Positions 22,401-33,528 of a DNA stretch of 64,000 nt are shown here, piece after piece. Both the position numbers and the translations under genes were made by a program. The notes under the pieces were generated by a model. It was not told the origin of the DNA. It saw only the letters and a program-made list of their open reading frames with translations, and did not search any database. The DNA comes from Hyaloraphidium curvatum SAG 235-1 (lineage: Eukaryota; Fungi; Monoblepharomycota). Position 1 is the stretch's first letter, and the number at the start of each line of letters is the position of its first letter. The DNA lies in contig JAIVFI010000016.1 of NCBI GenBank assembly GCA_025558095.1, forward strand, positions 186,001 through 250,000. Direction: 5' to 3'.

Positions 22401-24673
22401 CTGCGGGGCGCAGTGCGTCGTCCGAGGCGAGCGCTGGAACCTCGCTCGCGTGCACCGATTCGGCACCATGTTGCACTTCGGCCTCCGCCGAATACGAGTC
22501 GCCGTCCGCGGCATCAGATCCCTCCTGGATGTCGGGCAGCAGGGGATCCACCAGCGGCTCCGCGCGGCCTTCCTCCTCGATGTCCTCGGGCTGCTCTGGG
22601 TCGTCCGCGAACGGTTCCTCGGCGGCCTCCTCGCTGAGCTGCTCGAAGACGTCTTCTGGCGCAGCGGCGGCGGCGCGGTCCGGCTGCGGCGCGTCGGCAG
22701 GTTCGTCCTCGAGGAGAAGCTCGGCGGGCTGATCTTCCAGGAGGGGCTCAGCAGGTTGGTCCGCGAGCAGAAGTTCAGCGGGCTGATCCTCGAGCAGGAA
22801 CTCGGCGGGCTGGTCTCCCAGCAGCAGCTCGGCCGGTTGATCCTCAAGCATTGGCTCGGCCGGTTGGTCCTCGATCGAGAGCACCCGCTTGGTAGGATGA
22901 TCATCGTGCACCGGTCCCGCCGGCTGCTCCTCGGCCGCCACCACCGGGGCGGGTTCATCCTCCGCGAGCTCTTCCTCTTCTTCCTCAAGCGTGCCCTCCT
23001 GCACGTCTGGCATAAGCGGATCGACCAGCGGCTCCGCCTGGCCCTCCTCTTCGATGTCCTCGGGCAGCTCGGGGTCGTCCGCAAAGGGTTCCTCGGCGGC
23101 CTCCTCGCTGAGCTGGTCGAATGCGTCTTCGGGCGTGCCGGCGGCGGCGGCCGCGGCGGGCTGATCCTCTAGCAGCGGCTCGGCCGGCTCGTCCTCGAGC
23201 AGCAGCTCGGCCGGTTGATCCTCAAGCAGCGGTTCGACGGGCTGGTCCTCGACCAGCGGCTCGGCCGGCTGGTCCTCGAGGAGCGGCTCCGCAGGCTGGT
23301 CTTCGAGCAGCAGCTCGGCGTGCTGGTCCTCGAGCAGCGGCTCCGCAGGCTGATCCTCGAGCAGCGGCTCTGCAAGCTGATCCTCGAGCAGCGGCTCTTC
23401 CAGCTCGATGTCGTCCTCGATCTCGACCGCACCCGAACCACCCCCAGTCGACCCGGCCGCATCCGCATCCTCGATTTCCTCCGCGGCGTTCTCGCTCCAC
23501 GACACCTCGTCCCCATTCTGCGCTTCGGGCGTGTCGAGGCTGATCGGTTCCTGCTCGGGCGTGTCCAGGCTGATGGGTTCCTCCTCCCTCGCGGGCGGTG
23601 CCTGCTGCTCGACCGGGGTGGGCGGCTTCTGCTCCACGGGGGTGACCAGGTCGACGACCACCTCCGGCCCGTCGCCGCGGGCGGGGCTCGTGTCCACCCG
23701 CACGCCCGGTCGCTCGACCTTGGGCGCAGGCGACCGGAAAACCGACCGCACGCGTTCCTCGACGGCCCCGAGCCTCCCCGCAAGCCCGGACGGGGTCGCA
23801 GGCCCGGGAGACAGCGACCTCCGCACCTCCTCCTCCGCGGGCCTCGCCCCCGCCCTTCCTTGCAGCCCGCTCGGCACCTCCGGCTCCCTGCTCGCTTGGC
23901 GTGCGGGCTGGTCGGGCGCCTGGCGCGCGGGTTGGTCCGGCGGGCTGGGGCTGTCGTACCGAGGGCGCTTGGTCCCGCGGGGCTTCCTGTCTTCGCCGAA
24001 GAAGCCTGGGGAGGGGGAGCGCGAGCCGCGGGGGAACGCGGAGGGGCGGAGGAGGTCGTCGCCGAAGGTCGGTCCGGAGGGGGGGAAGGGGTCCGAGGCG
24101 CCGAAGAAGGAGCGGAAGATGTCTGCGAAAGCGAGCGCGGCGTAAGCGGGGCTTTGACGGCGGCAATGAAGGGCGGCCTACCGAATGCATCGAAGCCGTC
24201 CCAGTCCATGCCGCCAAACCTCGCCGGCGACGGCGTGCGCCTCCCGAACCCGCCCCCGAAAGGCCGCGGCGAGCCCCGCCCGAACGGTTGCCCCCCGAAC
24301 GGGTCCCCCGCGCCGAACTTGGCCCTCTCCTCGCGGCCCAGGATCTCCGCGTCGTATTCCGCGCGCTTGTCCGCGTCGGAGAGCACGGCGTACGCCTCGG
24401 CGACGCGCTTAAACTTTGTTTCGTTGGACGCGCGCTCCGACGGCGCGTGCCGGTCGGGGTGGAACTGCAGCGCGGCCTTGCGGTCTGCGGAATCAAGGCG
24501 GCCGAAACGATTTAAATGATCGGGACGCAGCGCGCGGCGGAGGGGAGCGAACGGGGCGGACGGGAGGGTGAGAAGCCGAACGGCGGTCGCGTCCGCAGAC
24601 GCCCACATCCGGCGCGGATTTCCTCGGACGTCGCGGTGCGCGACACGCCGAGCACCGCGTAGTAGTCCGCCAT
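19432..24673 (-). CDS. J-domain (DnaJ) + acidic/basic repeat tether + METTL21/22-family (Methyltransf_16) lysine methyltransferase; ~1686 aa
   Basis: Exons 24673-24607, 24484-24182 and 24122-19432 join in phase (introns 24485-24606, 24123-24181). MADYYAVLGV..YRKAALQFHPDR..FKRVAEAYAVLSDADKRAEYD; DAFDIFRSFFG; C-terminus VGLQVWGGAMLLSDYL, VLELGSGTG, RELDW, LAADVAYD. Confidence 0.82.
23159..23399 (-). repeat. Coding 27-bp tandem repeat (EPLLEDQPA units); second array at ~22700-22870
   Basis: About 9 consecutive (E)PLLEDQPA-like units in the translation. A ~45-aa block (ED.F.QLSEEAAEEPFADDPE.PEDIEEEG.AEPLVDPL.PD.QEG) follows each array, implying a segmental duplication. Confidence 0.85.
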
Positions 24674-25024
24674 GGTGGCGCTGCGGGTGACTGGGTTGTG
24701 GGGTGTTTTTCGATGCGCTGAAGGCTGGACGCCGTGCCGCTGGCGCCCGACTCAAGTGCGAAGCGACTTCTGTGCGCAAATGAAGCTTACCTTTGGCCCT
24801 GTTTGAAGATCAGTCGGTCGATCACAGCTGCATCGGGGAGGGGGGCCGACAGCGGCCTGCACTTACTCCTCGTCGAAAACACCAACAAGTTGGAGTCCAA
24901 ATGCAAGAGTTTAAATACACTGACGCAGTTTACTGCTCCTCCTCGGACGTTCCACCATTCCGGCTGTAGTGCTAGTGTTACTTGTGAAGCCCCCGGTTGC
25001 CCCTCCACTTTGGTTTCCCCGACT

Positions 25025-27350
25025 TCACCTCCTCTTGGCCTTCACGGTGATCGTCTTGAACGACGTGACTTTGACCGTCTTGGTCGTTTTCACGGTGACC
25101 TTGGTCGTGCTCGTGCGCACAACGGTGACCTTTCCGACCGTCTTGATTGAGGTGGAAACCTTGGTGGTGGTTACGGGCACCTGGAACGAGGACACGCTGA
25201 CGCTCGTGACGACGTTGGTCACCGTCGTCGGCACGGCCACGGTGCTCGTGCTGAAAATCGTGACGGCGGCGAGCGAGACGGTGGTTGTCTGGAGCTGGAC
25301 TCGGTCCGAGATCGAGACCGAGGTGACCGTCGACGTGACGGGTGGCGGGTTGGAGACCGAGACCGAAACTGAGGTAGAGACCGAGGTCACCGTCGAAAAG
25401 ACGCTCGTGGTGGAGACGACTGTCGAGATGCTCGTCGAGACGCTCGTGGTCGTGAGCGTGAGAGTCACGGTGGGAAGATCCGACAGGGTCGCCGTTGCCG
25501 TTTCCATCGTAAGCGAAGTCGTGCTCGTACGAGGGGGTTCGAAAACGGCGCACCACGAGTCCAAGTGCACGGTGGTTTCTTCATCCCAGATGTTGGCCCT
25601 GAGATCGAGCCAGCTGAGCGCATCTTGGAAGTTCAACACGAACGTCAGAGAGTCCAGCGCGCCAAAAGCGGGGCGGTAGCGTGTCCCGAGGCACGCTTCC
25701 TCGACCGAAAGATCGTCCGTCGACCCGTCGTAAGGCAAGAACGGGATGGAGGCGTCATCGTCAAAGATCATGGGTGCACCGGCTGTGCGACCCCCGCATT
25801 TGGTCTCGTTGACGGGCGTCTCGAGCAGGAAAACGGTGTTCATGGACGGGGCGCTGATCCACATGAAGACCTCCGACAACGAGCGGGGGGCATCGAAGTG
25901 GAGCTCCACGTCCACGCCTCCAAAGGAAGCAATGTCCGGCAGCTCCAAGCGGAAGGTCCGCGGCGTGTTGAAGGAGTTGAGATCTTTCTGGACAGGGCGG
26001 CAGTAGCGCATGTGGCGCTCCGAGATCGGCGTGGCAGTGGCCTGCGTGCGAGCGGGCAGCGTGAGCGGCTGGAAGAGGAAAGGAAGACAAAGGAAGCCCT
26101 ACCCATGTCCTTGTCGACGAGGGAGTCGCGGTGGTGAGTGATGTCGTCGTTTGGGTGGTCTCGGTGACTGAAGTACTCCAGCCATGGCCGGAACGAGGAA
26201 ATCCGCGAGTACACGCCGAACGTTTCGGCGCAGCCGAAACCCCAGCTCGTGATTCCGACCTGGGCGAAGCTTCCGTCGTCCATGAACTGCATGAGGGGAC
26301 CTCCGGAGTCTCCCTGGCAGGTGTCCTTGCCCGGATCGCCGGCACAAAGGAAGCTGGGGTCAAAGTCCTCCTCGGTGTACGGGTCGCCCCAGTTCTCCAA
26401 AGTGTAGTTGTTGAGAGCTGAAATGCAATCCTCGTTCGAGGCAGCCGTCAGATTGACCTCCTGCAGGTACTGTGGAAAGGGATGGTTAGCATAAGCGCGG
26501 CCGAGGATGGTGCCCGTACCCTCGGTGCTCCACGAATATTGTCGCCGTCAAGGAAGAAATCGGTGTTCGCCTCTCCGAAGCCGACCGCTTTGGTGACCGA
26601 GCCGGGAGCCGGATCCGCCTCAGCGAAGTTGACGCGGATGACCGCGGGGCTCCCGGTGCCCGTCACGAGGGGGTCCGAGAGGTACAGCACGGCGACGTCG
26701 TTGTGGTACACATACGGAACGTAGTCGGGATGCATCTCGTAGCGGACGACCTTGTACTCGTAGCCGCCTTCCTCCTCGACGGTCTTGCTCCTGTTCCAGC
26801 GGCCCGTCTGGACGTAGGCGGCGCTCACGTCGTCCGCCTCCCAGAAATCGACGCAGTGGGCTGGTAGGTCCGAGTCAGCAACCGCCCAATTGTTCTCGTC
26901 GGACCCTGCCGCCGCCCACCCACCGGCCGTGAGCGCGAGCCTGGGCGCGATGAGGGTCGCTCCGCAAGTGAAGATCTTTACGGGCGGAGATTGGTCGTCC
27001 TCGAGCTGAATGTCCGAAACAGTGAAGAGCATCGCGAAGAACGGGTACTTGTCCGAGCTTGGGTCGACCGTGTTGCCGCCGATGATGGCCGGAGGGGCCG
27101 CGCCGCCAGAGCCCTGTGCGAGGGCGCGTCCCGCCGCGGGCGGCGAGGGCCGGCGTTCCCCGGAGCGGGTCCTGTTCTGGAACTCGGCCTTGATCCGCTT
27201 GAGCTCGTTCAGATACGTGCGGGGCCGGCTAGGGCCGCGGCTGCCGGTGCCTGGAAGGGCCGCGTCGCCGCCGATGGCGCCCACGAGCGCGAGCGCGGCG
27301 GCGAGGGCGACGGCCGCCGCGATCGCGGTGGGGAAGGCGCGCCGGACCAT
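25025..27350 (-). CDS. Secreted trypsin-like serine protease with P-domain-like beta module and Thr/Val-rich tail; apparent frameshift near 26169
   Basis: Signal peptide, IIGG activation site, CGATLI..TA|AHC, HNDVAVL, DTCQGDSGGP, GITSWGFGC, GVYSRIS; downstream exon 26041-25025. Confidence 0.82.
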
Positions 27351-27800
27351 GGTTCCCCGCGTCTCTGCTAGGCGCTTGGCGGAGTGCAGTCAGTGAGTTC
27401 CTTCTACCCTGTGTAATGACAAGCGTGGCTGACTGACGAACTTTCCTCGATTCCATGGAGCGCGCGGGTCCAGAGTCCAGACCCGACAGGCACCCCCGAT
27501 TTGATGACGCACGACAATGGGCACGATCCGGGCCGATGACGGGACCACAAAAGCAATAAATCAGGCAATATGAAAGCAGGCAGAAGTCTGACCAATTTCC
27601 GACGATGCACTGCTGGGCAAGAACAACGGGACTGTGCGCTAGCCGTCTCTGACGGCCCCCATCGACCGACTTCACGGACGATGACATCGAATGCTGGATC
27701 GCGAGCTCCCGACCTAAGATCCGCCGACGTTCGGTGACCGCAGGTAATCCAACGTGGTCCGTGGGCGCGCCGATGTCCGCGCCGTTCCCCGGCCCGCGGA

Positions 27801-28706
27801 TCAGAAGCTCGCGGCGCGGAACGCCGGCGAGGCCGCCATGAGCGCCAGCACCGCGCAGGCCGCGACCCCCGACACCGCCGCATCCCTCCTGAAGGTCCGC
27901 ATGGAGTACCTTCCCCCATCTGCGCCGGAGGGTTCCCGATCGGGGGACGCCGTCCGGCGCCCCAGCGGGATCCACTCCTTTGCCCCGCCGTCCCCCCGAT
28001 CGCCTCCGAGGTACCCGCCCAGCACGCTCGCCGGCAGCACCGTCTCGGTCCGCGCGGCATGCAGCGCCCTGAGCGCGCACACACCCAGCACCGCCGCGTC
28101 GCCGACCAGGAAACCGTAGTCCCGGGCGCCCCTCGGCACCCCGTTGTCCGCCATCATCCTCGCGATGTGCACCGCGGCCGAGGCTGCGGGAGGCCAGAGC
28201 ATCCCCGTGGGGTGGATCGCCACCCGGGCGTCGGCGAGCAGCGCGAGGAGTGCCTGCGCGGCCAGTTCCGTCAGGGAAAAGAAGAGCTGGCTCCACCACA
28301 GCTTGGAGTAGTCCAGCCCCAAATAGTTGAACTTCATCCACAAGCAGTAGAAGGACGGGTACACCGTCGCCGCAAAGGCAAACGCGAAATCGGGGCGGAG
28401 GCAGCGCGCCCACGCCGCCTCGAGCATCCTGCGGAGCGCGAGGGCTGCCAGCACCGAGTAGGCGAGGTACCATTGGCCGACGGCCAAGACAGAGGGCTCC
28501 AAATTGAAATATATGCTGCGGGGACTCTCCCCGTGCTGCGTGAACCCTCCGTCCCAGCAGGAGCAGGTGCACGTCTTCCGGTCCACTTGCCGGAGGTTGC
28601 CCCTGTTGGCGGCCACGAAGGCGTGCCACAGGATCGCGGCCAGGAGCTGCACGGGGAGCACCGTGCAGGCGGCGGAGAGCAGCCCGCGGACGGCGGGCGT
28701 GTCCAT
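27801..28706 (-). CDS. Multi-pass membrane protein of unknown function (CTCSCWD motif)
   Basis: Intronless ~300-aa ORF with coding-like composition, several hydrophobic helices and a Cys-rich CTCSCWDG..IYFN segment after TM1. Confidence 0.7.
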   Translation of the reverse strand: MDTPAVRGLLSAACTVLPVQLLAAILWHAFVAANRGNLRQVDRKTCTCSCWDGGFTQHGESPRSIYFNLEPSVLAVGQWYLAYSVLAALALRRMLEAAWARCLRPDFAFAFAATVYPSFYCLWMKFNYLGLDYSKLWWSQLFFSLTELAAQALLALLADARVAIHPTGMLWPPAASAAVHIARMMADNGVPRGARDYGFLVGDAAVLGVCALRALHAARTETVLPASVLGGYLGGDRGDGGAKEWIPLGRRTASPDREPSGADGGRYSMRTFRRDAAVSGVAACAVLALMAASPAFRAASF

Positions 28707-28978
28707 CGCGGGGGGCACGCGGCCGCGAGCGGAGGACGGCGATGCCTGCCGGAGACGGGGCGGCCGCTCGGGCGGGATTCCCGCGCAGAACGGGTCAGGG
28801 CAGCAGGGATTCGATTCCGGCTATTACTGCGGCCAGAATTACCGGCCGCCGGCGCCGCGGGCCGCTTTCCGGAAACCTACCCCACGTGCGGGGTGTTGCG
28901 GGGTGGCGTTGCGGGAGCGGTGGCGAAATCCGCCGGACCCACCGCCCCAACCCATTTTCCACCCCTCCGCAACACCGA

Positions 28979-30761
28979 TCACCGCTCCCCCGCCTTCTCC
29001 CTCGCCGCAATCCACGCCTCCACCGCCAGCCTGCATGCTCCCGCCTGCGCGCGCCAGTCCCCCCCCGCCAACCCTTCCTTTGCTTCCCACACCGCGGGCG
29101 GCTCCGCTGGTGGATCAGGGTAGGCGATCCAGGGGTGCCGCAGGAGCGAGGCGGCGGAGATGCGGCCCCGGCTGAGGGGGTCCAGGATGTTGGTGAGGAA
29201 GGAGGCGGCGTCCGGGGACACGGTTGATGGGGGAGTATAGGGCTCGCGGAGGAGGGAGTTGAGGAGCGCGGCGGGGTCGGATTCCGAGGAGGAGCGGGGG
29301 AAACGGGACGTCAGCATCGCTGGCAAGGGCGGACGAGGGGGCCATGTCAGCCGGCTAATCAGAGTGCCGATCAGCTGGCTTACCGTGAACGCAGACGCCG
29401 AACGACCACAGATCCGCGTGCCCGCGGTCGAAGAAATACGGGTCGCCGTCGGCGCGCAGCGCCAGCACCGCCGGCGACGAGTAGGCCACGGCCGACGTGG
29501 GATCGTCCACGGGGACGCGGGGCGCGCAGAAGGTCGCCAGTCCAAAGTCGATCAGCGTCGCCTTCCCCGGCCGGTCCGGGGCGTCCGCGTCCCCGGAGGC
29601 GGGCTCGTACATGATGTTGTCCAGCTTGACGTCGCGGTGCAGGATTCCCTTGGAGTGCACGTGCGCGAGGGCCAGGAGGACGTCGGTTGCGACCCGCCGC
29701 GCCTCGGCCTCGGGGAGCACCCCGTCCGGCGCGGCGTCCAGCACCTCGAACAGCTCCTTCCCCTGCGCCTTTGCCAAAACAATGTGCACGGCGTCGGGCG
29801 CGATCACGCAGTCCAGCATCCCCGCGATGTTGGGGTGCTCCCCGACCGCAGCGAGGCACGCCGCCTCCCTGAACGCGAACAGTGAAGCGCGGGCCCCTGC
29901 GCTCCGCGGGCCATGCAGCGGGACCGTCTTGCACGCCGCTTCGATGCCGGTGGGGAGGTCCACTGCCAGCCGCACCAGCGCGAAACGGCCCTCGCCGAGC
30001 GGGGCGCGCAGGAGCCACCGCCCGCCGAGGGTCGCTGTGCGGTCGGCGGGCAGGTGCAGCGGGTCCGCGAGCGCGGGCGGCGCGTCGTCGTCCTCCTCGT
30101 CCGCGGGAGGCGTCGCCAGCCCGTCCGGCACGGAGCGGGCGTCGAAGCGGCCGGTGGGGGCGAGGGCGTCGCCGGCCGGCAGCGCGACGTAGGCCTCGCC
30201 GCGGCGCCGCGTGAGCCACAGGTAGTTGAGCACGACCAGGCCGCCCAGCAGCACCACGGCGCCGGCGGCGATCACGAGCGGCTTGTCGGCGAGGAAGGAG
30301 AGCGCGACGAGGGCGAAGCAGGCGGCGGCGAGCGCGTCGAAGGCGGCCAGCGCGAGCACCACGGGCAGCGAGCCCGGCGGGGCGTCCCTGACGGCGTCCC
30401 TCAGCCGCACCAAATTGGTTTTTAATTGGAGGAAGAGGGTGGAGATGGGGGCCGGGACCATCCCGGCCAGGCAGGCCTTTGCGCGGCCCCACGCCGACAC
30501 GCCCTGCTTCCGCCGCTTCGGCTTCCGCTGCGACGGCGGCTGCGGCGACAGCCCCGCGGCCCTCCTGAGAGCGTTGACGGCGCTCGCAACCGCGTCCTCG
30601 CCGTCGCTGCCGCCCGAGTCCGAGTCGGTCCCCAGCCGCTCCAGCACGCCCGCGCCGCCCGCCGACGGCGACCGCGGGGGGACCGGCGTCCCGCGCCGCA
30701 TGTCGGCCGGGAACGGGAAGCGGGCCGGGGGCGGGGAGTCTCGGCCGGGGGACGCGGGCAT
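28979..30761 (-). CDS. CAMK-like kinase with N-terminal transmembrane hairpin
   Basis: Two hydrophobic helices, then LGEGRFALVR, AACK, HPNI, HRDVKLDNIM, IDFGLA, ADLWSFGV. An intron near 29320-29383 leads to AMLTSRFP..LRHPWI. Confidence 0.85.
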
Positions 30762-30888
30762 CCTCCGGGCGGGGCCGATCGGGCGGGCGCACCTTCATCC
30801 GACGACTCCGATCACCGCACCACCCTCGGAGGCCGAGTTCTGAATCTGCGATATTCCAGAGAGTACAGGTAAAGAGCTGGCAGTTTCC

Positions 30889-32136
30889 TCACTTCCCCTT
30901 GGGCGTCTCATCGGGGTGATAGACGAGCTTGACGCCCGAGACCATGTCCTCCTGCAGAAGCTTGAGCCCCTCGAGCACGCCGGCGAGCCCGCCGGGGACG
31001 AGCTTGACCGCGTTGGCCTTGAACTTGCCATTTTCCAGCCAGTCGCCCATGATCCGGAACCACTTTTCCGCAAACTCCCCGTCTGCCCGTCCAAGTCAGC
31101 CGAGGCGGGCGGAGCGGCGGACGCGCGGCAGCCCACCCTTGGCCTTGTCGTGCGCCGTCCCGACCATCGTCCTGTCGATCGCCACGTTCTTGGGCATCCC
31201 CGCCGCCTCGGGCTCCGTCTCCTCCTTCGTCGGGAGCACCGTCGTGAGCCTCCCCCCCTCGGGCTGCAGCGCCTCCGCGAGCTGCAGCGTGGTCGTCGAC
31301 CCCCCGCTCTTGGCGCTGATCGCGTCGTACGCGTGCCGGAAGGCGACACCCTCTGCCGCCGCCATCGCCGCCTTGAGATCCGCGACCGCGGAATCCTTCC
31401 CCCTGTAGTCCACCACGGCGTCGCTCCCGAGCTCCTTGGCCAGCGCCGCGCTGCCCCCCGCGACGCCGACCACGTACAGCCCGGCGATCTTGGCCAGCTG
31501 CACCGCGAACGCCCCGACGCTGGAGGAGGCGCCCCAGATCAGGACGCCCTTGCCCTTGGCGTCCGCGCTGGGGACGCCGTCGGCGGAGGGTTCGGGCAGC
31601 CCGAGGCGGCGGAAGAGCCCGATGGCGGCGGTCATGGCCGCCAGCGGGAGCGTGGCGGCGTCTTCGAACGAGGTCTTGGGGCCGAGCGGGAACACGGTGT
31701 GCGCGGGGCAGAGGGAGTGCGACTGGCGGCGGCGGCGGGGCACGGTGAGCCGGAGCCGGCGCCGGGAACTCGGGAACCGCCCGCCTGGTACGCGCCGTAC
31801 TTGTTGTGCCGGGCCATGTACGTGAACGCCGCCACCTTGTCCCCGGCTTTGAAGCCCCTGACGTCGGAACCGACGGCCTCGACGTGGCCCGCGACGTCGT
31901 TGCCCTCGATCCCCTCGAAGATCTTCCAGTGCGACATCTTCCAGTCCTTTGCACCGGGTTTCAGCATGCGGCATTTCCGATCAATGTCCTAACACGCGAA
32001 CCTTGGGGTTGGACGCGACCGCGACATGGCGGATCAGCACCTCGTCCGCGCCGGGCGCCGGCGGGTACGGCGACTGCGGGTTCTTTTCGAGCGTGGGAGG
32101 CCCGCCAAAGTGCGTGACGACCGCGAGGTCCGTCAT
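30889..32136 (-). CDS. MDR-superfamily NAD(P)H quinone/enoyl reductase (LovC-like), 3 introns
   Basis: AVASNPK|DWK, GNDVAGHVEAVG, GDKVAAF, AATLPLAAMTAAIGLF, VLIWGASSSVGAFAVQLAK, VDYRG, PGGLAGV..GL..VSGVKLVY. Confidence 0.88.
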
Positions 32137-32478
32137 CGTTGAGATGGAAGGTGCAACGGGGACGCGGAGCGGGGAACGGCGCGCTGGAGCGGTGGGGAGA
32201 CAGGTTTTGAGATCGGCGACGCGGCACGGTGGCGACAGGTTTCGAGATCCTCTTACGCCCCAAGAAAAGGCTCCGATCATGCATTGAATTAGTGCTGCTC
32301 TTCAGAAGCGAGCCGGAGGCGGCGGCCAAGGCGGCGAGAAGGAGCATAGGAGCATCAAGAGAACCCGATGTCACCGAGCGCCAGAGATTCACGGAATGCC
32401 ATTACAGACAGATAATCCAGCCCCACTCCGCCCATCCACTCGCCCGAGGTCCAATCAGCACCCCTCCAAGTCAGTCAA

Positions 32479-33528
32479 TCAGTCCGGCGGCCCCCTCTCC
32501 CCGTTGCGCCGCGCGTGGCTCCGCCAGTGCGCCTTCATGTTGTCGCTCCTCGCGAACCTGCGTGCGCACCCGGCGATGGGGCACGCGTGCGGCTTGAGCG
32601 GGTCGGGGGCGTGGATGTACGAATGCCGCGAGAGGTGCTGCGCGGTCCGGGGCGATCGTTAGCCAAGGAGCGAGGCAGCACACTGCGGCCGACATACCCC
32701 CGAGGAATGGAATGCCGCGCTGCACGTCGGGCACACGTACCGCCGGCCGCTCGAGCCGGAGGGGAGCGGCGGTTTGCGCTTCCGCTGCCTGGGGGGCGAG
32801 TCAGACTCCTCGCTCGCAGCCGCCTCCGGCGCCGGCTCCGATCCCCGACGCGGCGGCGAGGCAGAAAACCCCGCCCCCGCATCCGGCTGCGGCCAGATGC
32901 CGCCCACGAGCCCGCCGAGTCCCTGCAGCCTCGGATCAGGAGGGGAGGAGGAGTACTGCGCCGGCTGAACCGAGACCGGCAGCTGGTAGCCGTGGGCAGG
33001 CGGCCACGGGAACACGATCCGCGGGTTGACGTGCCACCCGGCCGCGTCGTCGCTGCCCGGCGAGCCCGGCGAGTCCCCGGGGGTCGGGAAGGGCGCGAAG
33101 GGGAGGGGAGGGTTGGAGACGTAGCCGTGCTGCAGCCCGTGTGCGGGCGCCCAGTGCGTCCACTGCTGCAATGGCGGCGCATGCGGGCCCCCCGGATGCT
33201 GCGCTGTCAGCGGGAAGGGCGGCAGCGGGGCGTGCGGGGGCAGAGAGGGCAGCGATTGGGGGCGCTCCAGCAGCACCACCGGCAGCGGCGGCACCGGGCG
33301 CCGCACCGGCGACGGCGGGCTGCCGGCGACCACCGCCTGCACCGTCCCCGGGCTGCCCCCCGCGACGCCCGCGAGGATCTGCACCGCGCCGGGCTGGGGG
33401 TACGCGGCGGAGAGGAGCGCGGCGAGCGCGATCTGCCCGTCCGTGGCGGCGTCCGTGGCGGCGCCCGCGGCGGCCCGCGGCGGCGACCCCGCCGGCGACG
33501 AGGGCAGCACCAGCGCGCGGAGGTCCAT
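32479..33528 (-). CDS. C2H2 zinc-finger transcription factor (2 fingers)
   Basis: YVCPTCSAAFHSSG|HLSRHSYIH and KPHACPIAGCARRFARSDNMKAHWRSH; intron 32638-32697; Pro-rich N-terminus. Confidence 0.88.

Noticed and set aside
22700-23400. CRISPR-like appearance of the 27-bp repeats
   Set aside because: The units are contiguous, in-frame coding repeats without unique spacers, and no cas genes are present.
19432-23877. Stand-alone 1481-aa gene starting at 23877
   Set aside because: The listed start is a GTG, and the frame stays open up to a splice acceptor at 24123 that links in phase to the J-domain exons.
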